Shown here one piece after another: positions 34,118-47,002 of a stretch of DNA of 64,000 nucleotides (positions are counted from its first letter, which is position 1; each line of letters begins with the position of its first letter). Source of the DNA: Macrostomum lignano (taxonomy: Eukaryota); assembly GCA_002269645.1 (NCBI GenBank), contig NIVC01003268.1, positions 44,001-108,000 on the forward strand. The letters are read 5' to 3'. The notes beneath the pieces are model-generated. The model saw only the letters and a list, made by a program, of their open reading frames with translations. It searched no databases and was not told the origin of the DNA. The position numbers and the translations under genes are program-made.

Positions 34118-37100
34118 ATGCAGCTCTTTCAGTTGCGAGTTTCTGCAGCGTTGGCTCTGCTGCTCTGCTCGCTGGCAGCCGGCCAGGTCTCCCAGTGCGC
34201 TCCCGCTGTCTCTCCGAGGCTCCGCTTCGTGGCACAGCTCAGCGTGAACGGCTGCGCGCTGTTCGTGCACGACACGGGAGCGAGCGACGGTCCGCACTTG
34301 GCAGTCGAGCCGCTCATGTGCGTGACGGACAGCCTGAGAGGCATTGTTCCCCGATTCGACTTCATCACCCAGCAGCTGTACTTGAGCGTTCCTGTATTGA
34401 TGAGGGATGCTGGGATGCTCGCAGAGGCTCAGCGTCAACTGCGGCATCTGTCAGCGAGGTCTGTGAGATTCGCCACGGTGACCAACATCAGCGTCTCAGC
34501 CGACACCCGCTCATCGGTTCGGGTTTTGAGCTTCCTGTGGACTCCGGATGAGCCAGTAGCCACCCTGAGACTCGGCTTCAAAAGGATTGTTGTCAAGACC
34601 GATTCAAGTAAAGCTTCAGGTTCAAGAATTTTACAGGAAAGTTTACCTCTCCAGTTCTTTCAATCAGTGTATAACCAGCTGAAGCGCAGTGATGAGTTTG
34701 GAAGCTCACCACAAGAGGCTCTTGAAAAGGTGAAGATATCAGCTTTTATCATTTAAAACGGATCTTGTCATGAGGTTCAGAGCCGCGTCATGCTGCAAAA
34801 CGACAGCTTCATCGAAGTCGGCTTGTACAGGAAAAAATTCTTACCCGTGTGCCGACAGCTGCGGTTCATTCGCTACGTCAAACTCGAGAACTGCTCTGCC
34901 CGAGTGCACCAGAGACTCGACATCAAGGGCCACTTCCTCATCGAGCCTCTGCTGTGCCACAACATCTCCAGCTTGAGCAGCGAGTCAGTCAGGTATGACT
35001 ACAGCCGAGACATGCACTACCTGAAGCTGGATCTGGTGCTGCAAGATGAGGCCACACGCGATGCTGTGAGGACTCAGTTGGCCGACTTGTCGCCTCGCTC
35101 GGTCGATTTCATGCGGCTGTGGACTGCTGAGAGATCGGTGAGCTCTTCGTTGAGTGCTCGGATCGAGGTCGGTCTGCTGATGGCATCGGCAGACTGGAGG
35201 TCCGCTCAGCTGCGGCTGCTCTGCGGAACCTTTACGAAGTGCCGCGATCTCAGGTTGGTCGGAATTTTCTGAGGGGTTTTCAGCTTTTATTGCACCAGAT
35301 TCAAAAAAGAGTTTACTTTCTAGACTCTCTTTACTTCACAGGACTTCTTGAGTGTTTGCAAGAGTAATACAAAATCCCTTTTAGTGTCAGCTTGGTTGCT
35401 ATTGAGCGATCAGATCAGGCTATCAATGCTTTTGTATTGGTTTTTTTTTCTTTTTTAAACTTTTTCGGCGTTCAAAAATGGATTTGACAATATCCAGGTC
35501 TGCTGTGCTGACGGAGCCCGCTGACCTGTGGCGACACGTGCAGTGGCGGGTGACGTCGCTGGTTGCTGAGCAGTGCCACTCCAAGTCCAGCCAAATCACT
35601 TCATCATGGAGAATGAAAGCGTCTGAAGGTGCAGTCAGCTGCTCCAGTCTGAAGTCCTGCGTCAGACTGCACAGCGCCTCTGCTCCACGCACAGCGGCGT
35701 TTCAAATCCTGCCAGACGGTCGCTGCTTCGTGAAGTTTCAGCAGCGACTTACTGGCAGAGTGAGTTTCCAACGAAGCTGGACTGAGTACGAGACTGGCTT
35801 CGGTGACAGCACTGACTTCTGGATTGGTGAGCGGCGTTTGTGTATCAGCTAATATTGTGTGACGGAGGGTTGGTAGCAGATCTTGTTAATCTTATGGTGA
35901 AATTATGGTTGATTCATGCACTTTCAACTGACGTAATACGGACTGAAAGATTAACTGCCCGGCTAAATAAAAAAGTTAAGTTGAAATTGCGCCATGATGG
36001 CAATCGTCAACACTGGCCTTTTCCGCCTGATTGGCGTTTCGGGTCCTTGTTTTTGGTCCTTGGTTTTTTATACAGCTAGGACTATCAATGCCAAATAGTT
36101 TTTTTCAGATGACTAAAATGTCATCCAGGATTCATCAATGAAAAGTATTTGACACTCCGTCCAGACAACGAAAATGTCGAAAAATGGAAGTCCCAAAGCT
36201 ACTTTAAAGCATAAGGCAGTAGACAGCGGTTCAGTCCAGCCAGAGCAGCACCAGCCAGAGCAGCACCAGCTAGAGCAGCACCAGCCAGAGCAGCACCAGC
36301 CAGAGCAGCACCAGCCAGAGCAGCACCAGCCAGAGCAGCACCAGCTTCTACGAGTACAACCATCGTTGCAGTTTTTGCGTATATTTCTATGAAGTTTGCA
36401 TAAAAAACCTTGTTCCCCGACTCAAAACATTAGCTAGTAAATTTTGCGCTGTTCACGTCACGTATAATATTAATGGCCTCATGAGGCCTTATGATAGATA
36501 CATGGCGTACTTAAGAAAGGTTAGAACTTATTGACTTATTAAAAAAATCCAAAAAAAATTCCTTTCGTGCGCGCCCTTCTACGAGATATTTATCTGAGTC
36601 GCAGTCAAGTTTCCGAAGCGATGCATTCAGATGACATTTCGCTTCAGTCCTGGCCTGATACAATTAAAACCCGTCTTGAAGTCTCAGAACAGCCGGCCAC
36701 TCATCTGGGATATCAGAAGACTTTGAATGGATAATTTAGTCAGTAAACGAATTTAGCTGCACCATCTGCTATGGAACGCACATTGTAAAAAATTTATCTC
36801 AGGATCCAAATGACGAATCACCTGACAGCAGCGGCGACTAGCCGAGCAGAAGTGACTCAGACTCAGCCGCTCTCCTCCCGCAGGCCTCTCCGCCATCCAC
36901 TCGCTCAGCCAGGGCGGCGCCACCCTCAGAGTGGAGATGAAGCTGTGGAACGGCTCTGAGCTGCATGCGGAGTACGCTGGATTCCAGGTGGGAGACGCCA
37001 GCACTGGGTATCGGATGACGTACCGAGAGATGCTGAGGGACAGGTTAAATGTCAGCTATGTCGCTTTGGAGAACAGCAAAGGCATGCGGTTCTCTACGAT

Positions 37101-37302
37101 GGACAGGGACAATGACGTACACAGAGGAATCTCATGCTCAAACAGATGGGGAAAAGCAGGCTGGTGGTTTAATGCTTGTCTACACGTCAACCCTAACGGA
37201 CTTTTTCCTTCGCGGGAGACAACAGATGGCAGCTATATCGTCTGGAACTCTGGCTCTGTCTGGCTGCTTCTTCGTGAAGTGCGGCTGATGCTGCAGATTT
37301 GA
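34118..37302 (+). pseudogene. Secreted FReD gene, copy 3: exons 34118-35253, 35498-35826, 36884-37302 (627 aa if the TAA at 34754 is read as sense)
   Basis: Exon lengths 1136+329+419=1884 nt, phases 2 and 1 consistent, GT-AG sites. The only lesion is an in-frame TAA at 34754-34756. Confidence 0.88.
36235..36345. repeat. 15-bp repeat (CCAGAGCAGCACCAG)n, short array
   Basis: Direct reading; lies in intron 2 of copy 3. Confidence 0.95.
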
Positions 37303-37679
37303 GCATCAAAAATTGAGCAACTCAGTGGCGCACCCTGTTGATTCAGATACTGATTTTTTGGACTTAAGCCAAAAATTATTGGGAGACTAACAAGCCTGCT
37401 TCTGCTAGTTATTACCTGCAAAATATGGATTATTACGTCTCCCTGATTGCAAGAGATTTACTGACCGAAAACACTCGAGCGCATAAAAAGTGAAACCAAT
37501 ATTTATACTCAATAAACTCATTTTAATAGACGCAAACTTTATTAATAAGCAAATTATAAAAGGCTGAATACTTCAACTAAAAAATCTGAGCAGCTACTCA
37601 CTTTATTCATACGGCCAAATGTTCGAGAATTTCTTTTTAAATTCGTTTTTTACACTGGAATTTTAGTAATGATTTTTTA

Positions 37680-38060
37680 TGAGCACCAGCCAGAGCAGCA
37701 CCAGCCAGAGCAGCACCAGTCAGAGCAGCACCAGCCAGAGCAGCACCAGCCAGAGCAGCACCAGCCAGAGCAGCACCAGCCAGAGAAGCACCAGCCAGAG
37801 CAGCACCAGCCAGAGCAGCACCAGCCAGAGCAGCACCAGCCAGAGCAGCACCAGCCAGAGCAGCACCAGCCAGAGCAGCACCAGCCAGAGCAGCACCAGC
37901 CAGAGCAGCACCAGCCAGAGCAGCACCAGCCAGAGAAGCACCAGCCAGAGCAGCACCAGCCAGAGCAGCACCAGCCAGAGAAGCACCAGCCAGAGCAGCA
38001 CCAACCAGAGAAGCACCAGCCAGAGCAGCACCAGCCAGAGCAGCACCAGCCAGAGCAGCA
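37680..38060. repeat. 15-bp repeat (CCAGAGCAGCACCAG)n, long array
   Basis: Direct reading; QPEQH, SSTSQ and WLVLL ORFs are artefacts. Confidence 0.96.
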
Positions 38061-38344
38061 GCAGTCGTGGCAGCACCGGCCGACTCAGTTCTTCAGCTGA
38101 TGCTTGCAACTGACTGACTCATAAATTAATTTTGTCTTAGACTTCTCCTTACTTCTTCTTTACCTTAGATTTTTTCATTTAGTCAAGTTTGCGAACAGAA
38201 GTATTTAGATGACATTTCGCTTCAGTACTGACCTGATACAATTAAAAACCCGTCTTGCAATCTCGGAACATCCGGCCACTCAGCTGGGATATCAGAAGGT
38301 TTAAAATGGATAGTTTAGGCAATTAACAAATTTTAATTTAGGCA

Positions 38345-38665
38345 ATCCAGGTAGGAGACGCCAGCACTGGGTATCGGATGACGTACCGAGAGATGCTGAC
38401 GGACAGGTCCAGTGTCAGCTGGGATGCTTTGGAGCTCAGCAAAGACATGCGGTTCTCCACGATGGACAGGGACAATGACGTATGGGATGCTGGTTCATGC
38501 TCCAATAAATATGGAAAAGGAGGCTGGTGGCTTAAACGCTGCCATCAATTCAACCCTAACTGACTTTATCCTTCAGGGGATTTAGCACATCACAGGAATA
38601 CGGTCAGGCACTCTGGCTCTGCCTATCGAACTTTTCGTGAAATGAGGCTGATGCTGCAGAGTTGA
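38345..38665 (+). pseudogene. Orphan 5'-deleted fourth copy of the FReD terminal exon
   Basis: QVGDASTGYRMTYREM..FSTMDRDND..GGWW..C..FNPN* ..REMRLMLQS; lacks the splice acceptor; in-frame TGA. Confidence 0.85.
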
Positions 38666-40034
38666 GAATCAAAAATTGAGCAACTCGTTGGCGCACTCTG
38701 TTGACTCAAATATGTTTTTTTTATCGGATAACTGCCAGACATTAGTACGACTCGTAATAATACTTTTGCAAATTATGAGTCACATATTATCGATTTTTTC
38801 GATATCTTTCTGATTGCAAGAGTTTTACCTACTGAAAAGAGTCGAGCGCATAAAGAAACTGAAAACAATATTTTTCGTGATTTTTAACTCAATAAAATCA
38901 TATTTTCAACCATAAGCTAATTCAAAAAAGTAAAACATCCAAATAAACAAACGTTTTTCGTAAGTCTCAGTCAGTTTAAAATTTTTACACTTGAATTTTC
39001 CACGAATTTAAAAACAAACCAAAAGCATCAATGCTTTGTTGCTACGGAGCGCATGAGGCTTTTTTGAAGTGTTGCTTTTCTGATAGAATTTGATCGATTT
39101 TCTGTTTTTTTTGCTTCTTGTCAATGAGGCACGCAGACTCATTTTTTTGTATTCACAGCTTTATCGATAATCAATAAATAATCAATAATCAATAAATAAT
39201 AATCAATAATCAATATTCAATAGTATATAATAATCAATAGTATAAATAATCAATAAAGAATTGAACCAGATTGAAGTGCGGAAAAGTGCTTTTATTGTTG
39301 GTGATGTGCAGGATCAAAAAATACGACCAATCAATTTTAATTTATTTGCGTTGACATATTTGCTATTGTCATGAGCGCTACTCAATACCTGTCTACTGCA
39401 TCTGGTCTCATATGCATTCTACCAACGTACAAAAGTAAAATGTACTATTTAAATTCTGAGCTGTAGATTTCACTTTAAATTATAGTGTCAAAATAGAAGA
39501 TTGCAATGAAGCATACGGTAGGTAAACATAAACATGGTGTGGAGTCCAGGACTAATGTGCTCTATATACAAACTTATCGTCATTTTTCCAGTGCTGGAAT
39601 GTTGGGGTCGGTGGGTAGGTTTTTACTTGAACTAATTGTAATTCGGTAAAGTGTATAATAGTCTTCACCAGACATACATGGTAAAACAAAATCGCACAAC
39701 AGTTCTACTGTAAAGTGCAGATGAAGCAAGTTCAGTTCAGCTTCGTCTCGCTTCGAACCGCTCGTGAGCAGTAAAATTCGCAGAAAAATTTCACTTTTCT
39801 TCAGCTGTTTGCTGCTGTTCCTGCAAGTTGGGAATAAATTTGATTTAAAATTAGATTAATAAGGAATCTTACTACATATATCAGCTTGTCGCTTTTATAA
39901 CATATTTTACAGCTGGATGTGTCAAGGCCGAAATCTGCACAGTGGAAGGACTAAATGTTTAATTTCATGGAAATATGAAAATGACGACTGTTCTTACCTT
40001 TTTTAACGTGGTTTGGAACAAAAGGGAGCCGGAT

Positions 40035-40640
<606 letters not shown>

Positions 40641-41290
40641 AGATATACAAGTCGTCTTAAATTAAATAAACTGCAATTCAAGCGGTAAAACTGCGAAAGC
40701 GGCCCCTATGTGCTTCAAAATCTGTTCAAGTGAAAGATGGAGCAGACTCCACAGCTGCCTCTATCAAAGCTTCATGGCATCGGCATGCATTGGGTGCAGG
40801 AAAATCGGTCCTGGTTACAAATCATAAGCGGCTATACAACACAGACACAAATCAGCCTATGAAGATCATTTAAACGTCTCTACCAGGTGTAGTGTTGAAA
40901 TTTTGGCTCTGAATCACAACTGATTGCTGCTATCGACTAAAGAGTAGCTAAATGAAATAGCAAACCTGTTTCAGCTTCTCGTAGTGGTCAAGAGAACTCT
41001 TCAGTGGCGTCACCATGACTTCCGTGATGCGAGGGAACGGCTGCCAAATGTACGTAGTTATTTAATAGTGTGACAGCCGGGTTGCGTTGCACAGTATTCA
41101 TGAAAATGTAAATAAAAATCTTTACGAGTACTTTTCTACGTAGAGACTACTCAAAAAGACGGTGCACTTTCAAACCGTGAACATTCACTGACTGTTGCTG
41201 CTCCACGAGGTACATACTAATCGGCTTCGGTTTTCTTGAATATTTATCTTGGGAAATAATCATCTATGCTTGTTTTGACGTTTAAACGTT

Positions 41291-44200
41291 TCATTTACCT
41301 ACTGCACAGTAGAGCAAAGCAAGTTTTAACAGAAAGGAAAGCGGTAACATTGGGATGATCAGCTTTGAAACTTCACATGAGTCATTTTTCAAAGCTCTAT
41401 GATTTTGATAGTCCTTCCACTGTTGATTCGGCCAGTCTGCTAGCAAATAAACTGTTTCAAAACCCTTCGGCTGTCTTGCCTGCTTTCGTCTGGCTTCCTC
41501 TTGCTCTTTGAGTGTCTCGTACTTGTGCAGAGAGGATTTCAGCTGCTGCACCATGGAGTCCGAGAGCGCGGGGAAGAGCTGATGAGTGCGACAGGAGTTG
41601 GATGGGTGCTCAGACGTCAGACACTGTCGTTGAACTGAGATGGCCTTATGTAGCTGAGGTCAGTACTGACATCATTTCTGTCTATGAGCTTCATATTCAC
41701 TAATCCTCTCAACAGATATCCAACCCATCCCTTTTGATTTCAAGTCTTAAGTCATAGAAGGTTTGTGTTCTTTGTATCGGGTTGTATCCTAATGGTTAGA
41801 CTCAGAAAAATTTGTGCCTAGCATTATCAGCATTAGCTGGAGTAATTACGAGTGTGTCTGGCGACCCTCCAGTCATTGGACTGAACAGCCGTACGCAGCG
41901 CAGATGCACCGCGCAAGCGTTTCGGCTGAGCTGTCGGTTGCCCATATGCACACTGAGCAGGTGTAGTACTAGTAATTCAATCAACAATTATTTGACTATA
42001 AGAAAGGAAGAACAACGCTTTTGTTTAAACTGGCTACAGTTTGTGAAGTGAGAACAAAACAGCCGCAGTTGATACAAATGAATGTTAAGTTTTGTGTCTT
42101 TCATGTCGCCTTATCCCTTATCCGACTGCAGTGCAAGCTACATGCAGGGTACCAAAATTATAATGACCTCACCGTATCTCAGCCTCACCTTAGCAACCGC
42201 CTCAAACATTGGAATGAGTACGAATCGGATGAAACCAATCTGAGCTGTTGGCTTTGTCACCTTCTCTCGGTCCATGAAGGGGGCCACGGGTAGGCCTTCG
42301 ATTTTTTCTCGATCCGACTGATGTCAAAAAATGTTTTGAAACGTTGGTGCAGTGACTTTCTACTCATGGTTACGTATAGTAGTATGTTTCACTCGCAAAG
42401 TGGCTGGCTGATTAATTGAACTAACCTGATTAAAATACTCCTCCAGCAAGCAGTCGACCCATGGCTCGCTGACCTCCATTGGGCGAACTTCATTGGAGAT
42501 GTCGCAGCACTTGATCAGCACCATTTTCAGCTGCGAAAATGCAGAATAGCTGTTATACATATATGCGACTGGAAGTCCTATGAACTCTGTCTAAACTAAA
42601 ATCTGAATGCAGCGTGAACTCACCGTGTCCAAGTGATCCTTCTTGGAGAAATCGAAGCCCTCCTCAGTGCGCTTCTTGAAGTTCTCCAGGATCTCAGCGT
42701 GTCGAGCCATGTCGGTGGCCAGAATCAGCATCGTCATGCCCTGGGCATTAATTGATAAAGACAGTTAGTCAGTTCGCTCGGGGGCTGTAGTGTGGGCAGT
42801 CAGTCGGCAGTCTATCCGTAGGCAGTGCAAGCAGTTACGCCATGGCACGCGCCCACACTGGGTGTACAGACGCCTTGATTTTCTCTATTTTCAGACACGT
42901 TCACACGTACACTCTCTGTGTTTGGAGGCTTGGCTTTCACGTTAATTTTGCAACAAGTTACAGGCCAATTTAATCAAATTTTACTTAAAAAATAAATTCA
43001 TTCGAAAGTAAACAAGGGCCGCTTGATAAATACTCGTATTATTGTAAACTTGCATCCACACTCCTCTCAAGAGTTCGCCTCTTGATTTGGCCATCACGAG
43101 CACGAGTCGAGGATTCCCTAGGATTACAGCTTTTTTAATTATTTAGAAACTTTTGTTTTACCAAGAGAGATAACAATAGCTTGTACTAACCTTGCGAATA
43201 CGCTGAAAGGCCTCCTTGTCTACATTGGCGAATATATTGGTCTCCGGATTGTTGAGTATCTGGAAAGCCACAGCGCAGTGATGATTCTCTAGTGGGCTGA
43301 TGTCGTTATAACGGATGGCAAGCTCAGTTCTAGCATTGATTTGGTAGGTGTTGTTGTAGCCCGGGTGGTCAAGGTCGTGGCAAATCGCGGCCGTGATGAG
43401 GATGCCCAGATCCTCCTTGGGCAGCAGAGAGTCCAGGCCGCACAGGTGAATCATGCCGTACATCATTTGCGACACACAGAAGCAGTGGCGAAAGTTGTGG
43501 AACGGGTTGTTCCGATAGTTGGCCTGGATGCACAGCTGTGTGTCGAATTATACTTTTGACTTTTAGCAACTCAGTAGCAATTTTGATCGATTAAAAACTA
43601 AACAAAACGACTGAAAACTAAAGCCTAAACAAAAATTGATCACAAGATAGCTCGCTCTAGAATCCTCAATCCTTGTTCTAAAAATAGCCTTCTTCAATAA
43701 TTAGAGGGCATTGCGTTCTGAGTGAAGACGTCATTAGCTAACTTTTTGTGGAAGGCTAGACTGTTGAGCAGAAGACTTACCAGCCAGCGTTTCAGAGTCA
43801 CCGGGTTCATGTTGAACTCTTGCAGCAGATCCAGCTCGTGATACATGTGCTCCAATAGACTGAGCATCTGAAAGAATTGCGTGTACGGTTTTTAAATTAT
43901 TAGTAAATTAGTGCGGCTTATGGTACAATCAGGTTTTTAAGCATCAGTTATCAAGCTTACTTCGTTTGGTTCCCAGTGCCAATTATCGAACGTTGGCTTT
44001 TTAAGGTACTCGACTGTTTCTTGCGACAAAATGTACTGAAATCGATTAGAAATTCATGGAGTTTGTTTAGAAATGTTTCAAAAGAAGCAGGGGGCTGTGT
44101 GCACCCATAAGCAAAATTGTCACACAACCGGCGAGAAGCATCACTACACAGACTCCCCTGAGCAGGCACACAAGCGCGCGGATACGTACTCACAGGCACA

Positions 44201-47002
44201 CTCACAGGGGCCCTAAATTTATTTATAGTTAGGCATGTACTCTTCCCTGTGACTTGGGGGTGAGCCCTCAAATTAAGCCTAGCCGAACAAAGCCACGCCG
44301 AGATTCCAATTTAGCCCCAAATTAATGTGACTGCATTTGGTATGGGGCCTGGGATGCTGGGACTTCTGCACTGCACTTTTAGATTCTCTAAAAGATATTT
44401 GTACAGCTGCTGAGCCTCAAACCTTTTGAAAAGCCGGCACACGCTTCATGCTAACAAATTTGATTCCATTGTCCGCCGTCAAAACAATATCCTCGCTGTC
44501 TTGCGATGACATTGGAACCCTGCAATTGAATTTTTTTTTAAATTGGCTTAACCCTAGGTTTCTATGACAACGGCATGAAGGAAACATGATAGATTCATCA
44601 AGTTGATTCCATTAAGTCTAAGTAGAGCTAAATGTAAGGCATTCAAGATTTAGTGAGTCGCACCGACTCAGCCAGAATTACAATGCGTATTTACACGCCC
44701 TAGCAAGCATCGAATTTAGCAGCAAGTCGTAAAAAAAGAGCAGAGCTCGAGAAATCAAGCTCGTGAGACTTTATCCACCTGTAGCATCGATATTCTTTAG
44801 AATTCTTTAGTTATTCGCGACGAGAACTGAGTACTATTCCGTGCCTCTCCTTGATCAGTTGCCGCCAGGGACGAGCAGAGCCTTGGACTCTAAGTGCGAC
44901 TATCCGACCAACTCATGCCAAAGAAGCCATCTCAGTCGAAATTCCCGGCGGGTTCAGATGAGGAGACCAGTCTAGCGAACTACATTGAGAACTAGCGCGG
45001 ACTTCCTTACTTTCTTGTTTCTCAAGTTGATTTAGTAAGATTTCACAGTACGTGGCCACTTCATTTAACTACACGTACTGGTGCCACACAAGCGTGCAAT
45101 GAGATAATGGATGCACCAAACAAGAACATTTTGTTTGTCTACTGAAGGCAAACATTGAAACAACACAATCTCGAAATTGAAAAAAGGTAACGGCTCGTAT
45201 CATACACTCGAAAATAATTACTCTGCTCTTGTTTACTTTGCCATCTGTCTCCCCCGCTAAAAACTTGAGTCCTCACTTCAGTTCCAGTTCCCTTTACTCA
45301 GCTTTGCAGTAAACCTGATGCACTTTTTCTCTCTCTCAATCCAGACAAAACCGACTCACAGCTTTGAGCCGGTTTCAGACGCCTGGCTCAGCTTCTTGCC
45401 CTGCTGCCAGACTTGGTCGCGGACTTCGCTGATCTCCTTCTTGCAGCGCTCGATTTCCACAAGTTTCAGCGATTCGCCTGAAAAGTTTTCGGCGATTCTA
45501 GATTATATATGTGTGTAGATGTTATGCATTTTCACCAGACTTGTACGGTGGTAAGAAACTCACTTTCAAGTCTCTTCTCAATTATATTGAGCCGTTTGTC
45601 CAGTTCAGTTCTGAACTCCTCCATGCGAAAAGCTCTGAAATGCGCACCGGTTTAACGATTTTGTTTAAATCTCATTCGGACCGACGATAGAAATAAATCA
45701 AAGTGAATTCCTGCCTGTTAAACTGCTCTCCAACTTTGCTGAGCACCAGGCTCAGAGCTTGCACCTCGGTATCTCCGGAGTCGCCAGCTTTCGTTACGTT
45801 GACGCGGTAAGCCGAGCTGAAAGCGGTTACAGAAATTATTAATTTTTTTTAGAGTCAGAGGGGTTGTGTGCACCCTGGCGCACTTTAAGCGACATAAGCA
45901 CACAACCGGCGAGAGGCATTACTGCCCATTCCGCCGACTCCCCTGAGCAGGCATACAAGCGCGCGGATACGTACGCAGGCACACACTCACACAGGAGTGT
46001 ACAGCGGCCCTAACTTTATATTATCGTTAGGCATGTACACTTCACTGCGCCTCGGGGGTTGGCTCTCAAGGCCGTTAATTGCACGAGCAGAGCCAAGCCG
46101 AGATTCCAATTCAGTCCCAAATTAATTTGACTGCACTTGGAATCGAGCCTGGGTCGCTGGCACACCAGAGCAGCTGCGCTACCGCTGGGCTACGGCCCCC
46201 CAGCGGTTACAGCAAGCTTTTAAAGTTCCTATGCAACAGTTTTACTCTTAAACCCATTAGCCTGTCATTCCTTACTCAGTTGTGTTCTGCGGCATGTCTG
46301 GCACAATGGGCACGTGACCACCTTCGGAAGTTTTGAGAACAATTTGCGAGCTGCGCTTCACTTGGGCCACCTGACAAATCAGGTCGTGAATGTCCTGCGA
46401 CGAGCAGTGCGGGCTGAATACGATCTGAAATAGTGAGTAGTGGACGGAACTGAATAACGTGCTTTGAGCATATACACCGGGTTCATAACAATAAGTGGTT
46501 CGTGGGTGTGATCGTGGTTCAGATGAAAAGTACTATTAAGCCATAGCATCAGATAATTGGCTCCAATCGCGAGCTCATTAAGCCCAGCTGGACAATTGTT
46601 TACGGTCTATAAATTTAGCATTTCATCTGAGTGATCATCCGAAAAATATTTACCTCACCTGTGCAGTTTTTGCAGGACTTAATTATTTTATGATCCGAAA
46701 GAAGCAATCCAACCCTGCTGACCCAATCTAATTTTAGCCAGCATTTTTATGCCTATCAATTATCTGAAGTTCTCGAAAGCACCCCCCTCCCATCTGGTTG
46801 CATTAACAGCGCCGCAGCTGAGGCCATGTTTTGCTGCCGATGTGATGAAATAGTTACCCATACGTTCGTATATCGATATGTTTTTGTAAGCAGCTATAGG
46901 CTCGACATGCGCTATAAAACAGCCGCTGAATGAACTCACCGACTCTGTTTTGCCGTTCACGCTCAAGAATATCGATCTCGACGTAGCCACTCCGTTGCCC
47001 AT
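41291..47002 (-). CDS. PDE9A: High-affinity cGMP phosphodiesterase PDE9A-like, multi-exon
   Basis: Exons read by hand: 47002-46940 ([21 protein letters not shown]), ~46425-46275 ([17 protein letters not shown]), ~45810-45715, 45634-~45564, ~45477-45360, 44519-44423, 44035-43961 ([13 protein letters not shown]), 43867-43781, 43535-43191 (HNFRH, HDLDH), 42740-42624 (ATDMARH), 42530-42426 (KCCDISNE), 42317-42189 (TAQIGF), 41578-downstream. The exact 3' end is uncertain. Confidence 0.92.
44085..44380 (-). mobile_element. Degenerate SINE copy in PDE9 intron
   Basis: Collinear similarity to 45850-46200 (GACTCCCCTGAGCAGG, TTAGGCATGTAC, GCCGAGATTCCAATT). Confidence 0.75.
45850..46200 (-). mobile_element. 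tRNA-derived SINE
   Basis: Minus-strand head GGGGGCCGTAGCCCAGCGGTAG..GGCTCGATTCC has Pol III A- and B-box-like motifs, followed by a body repeated elsewhere in the window and an A/T-rich tail. Confidence 0.78.

Noticed and set aside
37669-38113. QPEQH-repeat ORF as a real low-complexity secreted protein
   Set aside because: No signal peptide or splice context; the same 15-mer occurs in an intron at 36235; open in several frames.
46130-46200. tRNA gene
   Set aside because: A/B boxes are present but I could not fold a convincing cloverleaf, and it continues into a dispersed repeat body; treated as a SINE head.
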